Shown here one piece after another: positions 58,257-64,000 of a DNA stretch of 64,000 nucleotides. Position 1 is the first letter of the stretch. The number at the start of each line of letters is the position of its first letter. Made by a program: the position numbers and the translations under genes. Under the pieces are notes generated by a model that saw only the letters and a program-made list of their open reading frames with translations, made no database searches and had not been told where the DNA came from. Origin of the DNA: Anaerolineales bacterium (GTDB taxonomy: Bacteria > Chloroflexota > Anaerolineae > Anaerolineales > E44-bin32); the NCBI GenBank assembly GCA_029210945.1, contig JARGGH010000004.1, positions 50,454 to 114,453 of the forward strand, given 5' to 3'.

Positions 58257-59333
58257 ATGATGGAAACACCACAGATTAATCGCATGCTGAAACCGGATCG
58301 CGGGGTGGGCATCGTCGGCTACGGAGCATACATCCCCCGTTTCCGGCTCCCCGCCAGCGAGGTTTCACGTGTCTGGAGAGGTGGCTCCGGTGGAGTGCCG
58401 ATCGAAGAGAAAGCCGTCGCAGGGCTGGATGAAGATGTCATCACGATGTCGGTCGAGGCGGCGCGCAACGCCCTCGCCCGTTCAGGGATCCATCCCGGAC
58501 ACATCCGGGCTGTTTGGATCGGCTCAGAGTCCCATCCATATTCCGTCAAACCGAGCTCAACGATTGTGGCGGAGGCGATCGGCGCCACCCCGCACACGCT
58601 GGCTGCCGACTGGGAATTTGCCTGTAAAGCGGGCACCGAGGCTTTCCAGGCTGCCGTCGGGTTTGTCGGCTCGAGGATGGCTGATTATGCGCTTGCGATC
58701 GGCATGGATACCGCCCAGGGGCGACCCGGCGACGCGTTAGAATACACCGCTGGAGCCGGTGGCGCAGCCTTCATCCTCGGTCCGGAGAAACAATCGCTGG
58801 TCGCGGTGGAGGGCTCCTATTCATTTGCGACCGATACGCCGGATTTCTGGCGCCGGGCCGACGAGAAATACCCGGAGCACGGGGAGCGGTTCACCGGTGA
58901 ACCGGCCTACTTCCGCCACATCACCAGCGCCGCGCAGACGCTGATGGAGTCGCTGGACGCCAAGCCCAGCGACTACCAGTTCGCGGTCTTTCACCAGCCG
59001 AACACGAAATTCCCGCAGCGCGTCGCCCGGGATCTGGGCTTCTCCGGGGAACAGATCCAAGCCGGTCTGCTCGTCCCGCGCATTGGCAACGTGTACGCCG
59101 GCTCCGCGCTCGTCGGCCTGACGGCGATCCTCGACATCGCCAATCCGGGCGATCGCATCCTGCTGGTTTCCTACGGTTCCGGAGCAGGGTCAGACGCGAT
59201 GAGTTTGCGGGTTACCGAGCACCTCACCAGTCGCCGGGAAGCCGCCCCCAGCACGGAAAGCTACATCGCCCGAAGGACGGAAATTGATTATGCAACTTAC
59301 GCACGCTACCGTGGAAAGCTGACACTGCAATGA
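58257..59333 (+). CDS. HMG-CoA synthase, short archaeal type
   Basis: 358 aa; Cys-nucleophile region ([13 protein letters not shown]). The gene overlaps the downstream thiolase by 4 nt. Confidence 0.8.
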   Translation: MMETPQINRMLKPDRGVGIVGYGAYIPRFRLPASEVSRVWRGGSGGVPIEEKAVAGLDEDVITMSVEAARNALARSGIHPGHIRAVWIGSESHPYSVKPSSTIVAEAIGATPHTLAADWEFACKAGTEAFQAAVGFVGSRMADYALAIGMDTAQGRPGDALEYTAGAGGAAFILGPEKQSLVAVEGSYSFATDTPDFWRRADEKYPEHGERFTGEPAYFRHITSAAQTLMESLDAKPSDYQFAVFHQPNTKFPQRVARDLGFSGEQIQAGLLVPRIGNVYAGSALVGLTAILDIANPGDRILLVSYGSGAGSDAMSLRVTEHLTSRREAAPSTESYIARRTEIDYATYARYRGKLTLQ

Positions 59334-60517
59334 CGAATTCGAATTTCCCACCCAGCGACATCTACATCATCGGTGTAGGCATGACCCCCGCGGGCGAGCA
59401 CTGGGAGAAATCGCTGCGCGAGCTTGCGCTCGAGGCGATCATCCAGGCCCGCCAGGAAGCCGGCGAGATCACCCCCGGGGCGCTCTACGTGGCGAACATG
59501 CTCGCGCCGGTCCTCTCACGCCAATCACATTTGGGCGCGCTCCTGGCCGACTTCGCCGGCATGCGCGGCATCGAAGCGGTGACGCTCGAAGCTGCCGGCG
59601 CGTCAGGCGGCATGGCGCTCCGGCACGCAGTCATGGCGATCGCCTCCGGGCTGGTGCAGTCCGTGCTGGTCGTCGGCGTTGAAAAATTCTCTGAGCGGGT
59701 GAGCGCCGAGATTGAGGCAGCGCTTTCCACAAGCGGAGATGCCGATTTTGAAGCGATTCACGGGGTCACTCAGACCGCCCTCGCGGCGATGCTGATGCGC
59801 CGTTACCAGTTCGAGTACGCCGTTCCAGAGGGTGCCTTCGCCGGCTTCAGTGTCAACGCCCACGCCAACGGCGCTGGCAACCCGCGCGCCATGTTCCAAC
59901 GACCGATCAAACCCGAGACCTATCAGCGTGCTGCCATGCTCAGCGAACCGTTAAATATGTTCGACGCGGCACCGCTAGCGGATGGCGCCGCCGCGCTGAT
60001 GCTTGCCAGCGGGGATGCGATCCCGGCTGATTCAAGCTACCCAAAAATTCGCATCGCCGGCTCCAGCGCAGCTGTCGACGCCGTCGCGCTGCACGACCGC
60101 CGCGACCCGCTCTACTTCTCCGCCGTACAGGATTCAACCGCAGAGGCCCTCTCCCAGGCCGGGCTTAATCGCGATCAGATCAGTCTCTTCGAGCTGCACG
60201 ACCGCTACACAATCTACTCCGCACTGGCATTGGAAGCGGCGGGCTTTGCTGAACGCGGCCAGGGTTGGAAATTGGGTCAGGACGGGAACATCACCCGCAA
60301 GGGAAGCTTGCCGATCACCACATTTGGCGGCTCAAAGGCGCGCGGCGATACGGGAGGTGCAAACGGCGTCTATCAGGCGGCAGAGGCGGTGCTGCAGCTC
60401 CAGGGCCGTGCCGGAGAAGCTCAGGTTGAAAACGCTCGATTCGCGATGATTCAGGCGCTGGGCGGCACCGGCGCCACCGCAGTTACGCATATTCTGTCCG
60501 GTTCTGAGACCCCTTGA
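59330..60517 (+). CDS. thiolase-fold acetyl-CoA C-acetyltransferase (archaeal-type partner of HMG-CoA synthase)
   Basis: 395-aa thiolase-like fold with an ...[13 protein letters not shown] region. Confidence 0.75.
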   Translation: MTNSNFPPSDIYIIGVGMTPAGEHWEKSLRELALEAIIQARQEAGEITPGALYVANMLAPVLSRQSHLGALLADFAGMRGIEAVTLEAAGASGGMALRHAVMAIASGLVQSVLVVGVEKFSERVSAEIEAALSTSGDADFEAIHGVTQTALAAMLMRRYQFEYAVPEGAFAGFSVNAHANGAGNPRAMFQRPIKPETYQRAAMLSEPLNMFDAAPLADGAAALMLASGDAIPADSSYPKIRIAGSSAAVDAVALHDRRDPLYFSAVQDSTAEALSQAGLNRDQISLFELHDRYTIYSALALEAAGFAERGQGWKLGQDGNITRKGSLPITTFGGSKARGDTGGANGVYQAAEAVLQLQGRAGEAQVENARFAMIQALGGTGATAVTHILSGSETP

Positions 60518-60605
60518 TAGCGGCCTGATAGTTCTTGATAGTCTCGCTCACATAGACTGTACAACGAGATTCAACGGTGCTACCAACAAGCAGAGGTGTC
60601 CTTCT

Positions 60606-61007
60606 ATGGAAGTTTCTAGCCATTGGCGAGTAAGACAACAACGGTATGCGCTGGTCGGTGAGGTTTGCCCGTCCTGTGAAGTAAAAATCTTCCCCCCGCG
60701 CGACGTGTGCCCGGAATGCGGCGACGAAGCCAAAACCCACTTTCAGTTCAGCGGACGGGGTGAAGTCTATTCCTATACGACGCTTTTTGATGCCCCCCAG
60801 GGACACGAAGCACAGCTGCCCTACACGCTTGCACTGGTGAAACTGGAGGAAGGCCCCCTCGTCACAGCACAGCTGACCGACGTGAACGGCACAAAACTCG
60901 AGGTCGGCATGCCGGTTGAGATGGTCACACGGAAACTTCGTTCCGATGGCGATCGGGGGATGCTCGTCTACGGGTATAAATTCCGGCCCCGATTACAGGC
61001 CGCCTGA
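60606..61007 (+). CDS. DUF35 OB-fold/Zn-ribbon protein (scaffold of the thiolase/HMG-CoA synthase complex)
   Basis: CPSC...CPEC Zn-ribbon followed by an OB-fold pattern. Confidence 0.75.
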   Translation: MEVSSHWRVRQQRYALVGEVCPSCEVKIFPPRDVCPECGDEAKTHFQFSGRGEVYSYTTLFDAPQGHEAQLPYTLALVKLEEGPLVTAQLTDVNGTKLEVGMPVEMVTRKLRSDGDRGMLVYGYKFRPRLQAA

Positions 61008-61032
61008 TTTGAATAACCCGCTCCGACGAGGG

Positions 61033-61071
61033 CCGGGTCCGGAGAAATTACGGACCCGGTTCGTTTTCATT
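61033..61071 (+). terminator. rho-independent terminator closing the mevalonate-upper-pathway operon
   Basis: ccgggtccg-gagaaatta-cggacccgg followed by TTCGTTTTCATT. Confidence 0.6.
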
Positions 61072-61139
61072 AATTTCTACAATCTTCTACAATGACCAAT
61101 GACCATGATTTTTCGAATGGATGTGGCCTGGCTGTCTGC

Positions 61140-61168
61140 TTGACGCACCCAAACAGCTGTGCTACTAT
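61140..61168 (+). promoter_or_regulatory. candidate promoter TTGACG-17-TACTAT for the LysM lipoprotein gene
   Basis: Seen in sequence; about 60 nt upstream of the ATG at 61228. Confidence 0.4.
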
Positions 61169-61227
61169 GCGCGCTTGATGGTTGCTTCAGGGCCTGAATA
61201 GGACCCTGGCGAACCAAGGAGGAGCAC

Positions 61228-61890
61228 ATGTCTACGTTGCGCCCTAGAACGATTATTCTTACCGCGTTGCTTTTGGTTGTCCTGCTGTTAACCGGATGCA
61301 CCCGCTCCGCATCTACCCCGCCACCAGCGGAGGAGGAGGGTGCTCCAACTGGTTCACAGTCTGAGACGCAAGCTACGATGGACGCGGTGCGATCGGCGAT
61401 CCTTACCCAGACCGCCCAGGCGCTGGAAGGTGGCGCAGCGACGGCCACCGCTACGCCCGAACCAACCACAGAATCAGCCGCGACCGCGACGCCGGCCGAA
61501 GCTGAAGAGACCAGCACTGACGAAGTACAGTCAGACTTCATCGAGTACACCGTTCAGCCCGGCGATTGGATCTTCAAGATTGCCCGCGACTACGGCATCG
61601 ACCCTCAGGCGATCATCGACGCCAATGATCTGGCAGCACCGAACGCCCTGGAAGTCGGCATGGTCTTGAAAATTCCTGTCTCGGGCGAGGCTCCATCCGA
61701 AGAGACGGAGGAAGCCGCTGAGGACGACGCCACGACCGTTGCCGGAGGGACAACACACGTTGTCAAACCCGGTGAATGGATCTGGCAGATTGCCCGCCTG
61801 TACGGCGTCGACCCGCAGGAGATCATCGACGCCAACAACCTGACCTCTCCAGCGACGATCTATCCAGGCCAGGAATTAATCATCCCCTAG
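61228..61890 (+). CDS. lipoprotein with two LysM peptidoglycan-binding domains
   Basis: Lipobox LLTGCT. Two LysM repeats (YTVQPGDWIFKIARDYGIDPQAIIDAN and HVVKPGEWIWQIARLYGVDPQEIIDAN). Confidence 0.75.
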   Translation: MSTLRPRTIILTALLLVVLLLTGCTRSASTPPPAEEEGAPTGSQSETQATMDAVRSAILTQTAQALEGGAATATATPEPTTESAATATPAEAEETSTDEVQSDFIEYTVQPGDWIFKIARDYGIDPQAIIDANDLAAPNALEVGMVLKIPVSGEAPSEETEEAAEDDATTVAGGTTHVVKPGEWIWQIARLYGVDPQEIIDANNLTSPATIYPGQELIIP

Positions 61891-61959
61891 GACACGGGCG
61901 AGAGACATTCTACGGGGCGGCTGATGCAGCCGCCCCGTTTTTCATCCAAAGGACCGAAG

Positions 61960-62490
61960 ATGGACTACGAAACAATTGAGAGCGAATCTGTGTTCCAGGG
62001 TCGAATTTTCGACGTGCAGATCGACCGCGTGCGCACCCCCGATGGTTCGGTAATGCGGGTTGATGTCGTCGCACACAACGGCGCGGTGGCGATCATCGCA
62101 ATCGACGCCCGGGATAATTTCCTACTTGTGCGCCAATACCGGCACCCGGCTGGCAGGGTCCTGCTGGAACTGCCCGCCGGTACGCTCCACCCGGGAGAAG
62201 AGCCGCAAGCCTGCGCCCGAAGAGAGAGCCGGGAGGAGATCGGGCTGGAGCCTGGCGAGCTAATCCATTTGGGGGGAGCTTTTATGGCGCCCGGATACTC
62301 GACCGAGTTTATCCATTTCTTCCTTGCGCGCGATCTGAAATCCGCCCCTCTTCCCCAGGACCCGGACGAGGACATCGAGTTGGTGCGCGTGCCCCGCGCC
62401 GAAATGCAGGCCTGCGTTGCCACCGGGCAGATCGAGGATGTAAAAACTATCGCCGGGATCAGTCTGGCTGAAGCCTATCTTGCTGGATAA
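61960..62490 (+). CDS. NUDIX hydrolase (ADP-ribose pyrophosphatase-like)
   Basis: Nudix box GTLHPGEEPQACARRESREEIGL. Start at ATG 61960 with RBS aaagga; the track ORF starts at 61924. Confidence 0.75.
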   Translation: MDYETIESESVFQGRIFDVQIDRVRTPDGSVMRVDVVAHNGAVAIIAIDARDNFLLVRQYRHPAGRVLLELPAGTLHPGEEPQACARRESREEIGLEPGELIHLGGAFMAPGYSTEFIHFFLARDLKSAPLPQDPDEDIELVRVPRAEMQACVATGQIEDVKTIAGISLAEAYLAG

Positions 62491-62626
62491 AGTGATCGCC
62501 GGATAAATTGAATTCCTATCTAGACGACCCACCGTTCGCTATGGTATACTTTTTCTCCGCCGCCCAGCTCGAACGGGCGGCAGATCATGTGTAATGCAAT
62601 TATCGAACTAAGGATGGATGGTTGTC

Positions 62627-62974
62627 ATGGATGACCTATTGAAAAGCGTACAAGCGCCAGTTAACACCGACCTCCCGGACATCCGTACGGGCGATTCGGT
62701 TTCGGTCCACTTCCGCATCCTCGAAGGCGAGCGTGAGCGTGTCCAGGAATTTAAAGGGACCGTCATCGCCGTCCGTCGTGGCGCCAATTCGGCCAACTTC
62801 ACCGTGCGCAGGACCGCCAGCCACGGCATCGGGGTCGAGCGCACATTCCCGCTCCGTTCCCCGCGCATTGAGAAGGTGGAAGTACACCGCCGTGCTCACG
62901 TGCGCCGCTCCAAGCTTTATTACCTGCGAGAGCGCAGCGGTAAGAAGGCCCGCTTGAAGGAAAAGCGGAGCTGA
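62627..62974 (+). CDS. rplS: 50S ribosomal protein L19
   Basis: ...[45 protein letters not shown]... Confidence 0.9.
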   Translation: MDDLLKSVQAPVNTDLPDIRTGDSVSVHFRILEGERERVQEFKGTVIAVRRGANSANFTVRRTASHGIGVERTFPLRSPRIEKVEVHRRAHVRRSKLYYLRERSGKKARLKEKRS

Positions 62975-63083
62975 CAACACCCTGATTGTTAAAAGCGCAG
63001 CGATCATCGCTGCGCTTTCTCTTTTAACCCGCCACCGTCGATCGACGTGCTCTTTTGCTGGTTGGATGGTGTAAGATTAAGCG

Positions 63084-63923
63084 ATGAGCACAAAACAACC
63101 GATCGGACTGTTCGACTCGGGGGTCGGCGGCCTCTCGATCTTGAAAGAGATCCACACCCTGCTCCCGGCAGAAGATATGCTTTATTTTGCGGATCAGGCG
63201 CATGTGCCTTACGGCTCACGCTCTCTTGAAGACGTGCGGATGTTTTCTGAGGAGATTACCCGATTCCTGCTCGCGCACGGTGCCAAAATCATCGTGCTGG
63301 CGTGCAACACCGCCTCTGCGGCCAGCCTGCATTACCTGCGAGCGGTTTTTCCGGATGTCCGCTTCATCGGCATGGAACCGGCGATCAAACCCGCCGCGCA
63401 GCGGACAAAGTCCGGCATCGTCGGTGTGCTTGCCACACCGGCCACATTCCAGGGCGAGCTTTTCGCCTCCGTCGTCGATCGCTTTGCTGACGGGGTTCAG
63501 GTCCTTCAGTCCACCCTTCCCGGCCTGGTCGAACGAGTCGAAAAGGGCGATGTCGACAGCCCTCAGGTCGAGCAGATCCTCAATCGCGGCCTCGAACCGC
63601 TCATCGAGCGGGGTGCGGACACGCTCGTGCTCGGCTGCACCCATTTCCCATTCGTGCTTCCGATGATCGAAGCGTTGAGCGGGGAGCGGATCGAGGTGAT
63701 CGACCCATCTCCAGCGATCGCCCGGCGCACGCAGCAGGTGCTCAGAGAAGAGCAGGTGCGCAGCTCCATTGAGGAGACCGGAAAGATACGCTATCTGACC
63801 TCCGGCGATCTGGAGCCATTTAAACGAACGCTTGAACGTCTGGCAATGCCGGCCGGGGATGTAGATCAAGCGATCTGGAAGGATCTGCACCTGGCACCGG
63901 TTGCGGGAGGCTCTCAAGGATGA
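63084..63923 (+). CDS. murI: glutamate racemase
   Basis: IGLFDSGVGGLS and LACNTAS catalytic-Cys motifs, and the second catalytic Cys in LGCTHFP. Confidence 0.9.
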   Translation: MSTKQPIGLFDSGVGGLSILKEIHTLLPAEDMLYFADQAHVPYGSRSLEDVRMFSEEITRFLLAHGAKIIVLACNTASAASLHYLRAVFPDVRFIGMEPAIKPAAQRTKSGIVGVLATPATFQGELFASVVDRFADGVQVLQSTLPGLVERVEKGDVDSPQVEQILNRGLEPLIERGADTLVLGCTHFPFVLPMIEALSGERIEVIDPSPAIARRTQQVLREEQVRSSIEETGKIRYLTSGDLEPFKRTLERLAMPAGDVDQAIWKDLHLAPVAGGSQG

Positions 63924-64000
63924 ATCGGGATAGGGGAGGGCCTCACGGCCCTACCCCTCCCACACCACCGGACATGCGGGTCCGCATCCGGCGGTTCGGC

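Noticed and set aside
1-64000. CRISPR arrays, rRNA genes, IS transposases
   Set aside because: None found on inspection. The only mobility gene is the truncated serine recombinase.

Overview
The window is a high-GC (roughly 60-65%) bacterial chromosomal segment. Its gene content looks most like Chloroflexota, but that assignment is tentative.

The backbone is housekeeping. It includes tsaE; a sulfonate/HMP-type ABC importer; a phosphate (pst) locus with two pstB copies and phoU; prfA-prmC-tsaC; hpt; dnaB followed by a DnaD-like gene and a tandemly duplicated DnaC/DnaI-like loader; tRNA-Glu(UUC); an archaeal-type upper mevalonate cluster (HMG-CoA reductase, HMG-CoA synthase, thiolase, DUF35); rplS; and murI.

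Several accessory features interrupt this backbone:
- The competence gene comM is split by a ~2.2-kb insertion. The insertion carries an N-terminally truncated large serine recombinase, a ribbon-helix-helix (RHH) gene and an orphan ORF.
- A low-GC islet with a DUF4258/DUF2283-like pair lies next to comM.
- A HigB-2/HigA-2 toxin-antitoxin pair has a 27-bp perfect palindrome overlapping its promoter and sits beside a ~460-nt AT-rich non-coding tract.
- A VIT-vWA surface protein with a C-terminal sorting-signal-like tail sits near a sortase, a PT-rich membrane protein and a HAMP adenylate cyclase.
- Two tandem paralogous SPFH/band-7 membrane proteins sit next to a roadblock/LC7 gene and the psuK-psuG pair.
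- A CarH/LitR-type B12 photoreceptor regulator heads a light-repair cluster: an NAD-binding protein, an SRPBCC protein, CPD photolyase, and a YbjT-like gene cut by an in-frame TAA.
- A GAF histidine kinase is paired with a receiver domain that carries Glu at the phospho-acceptor position.

No CRISPR array, rRNA or intact transposase was seen. Most of the short antisense ORFs in the six-frame track are spurious GC-rich frame artefacts.
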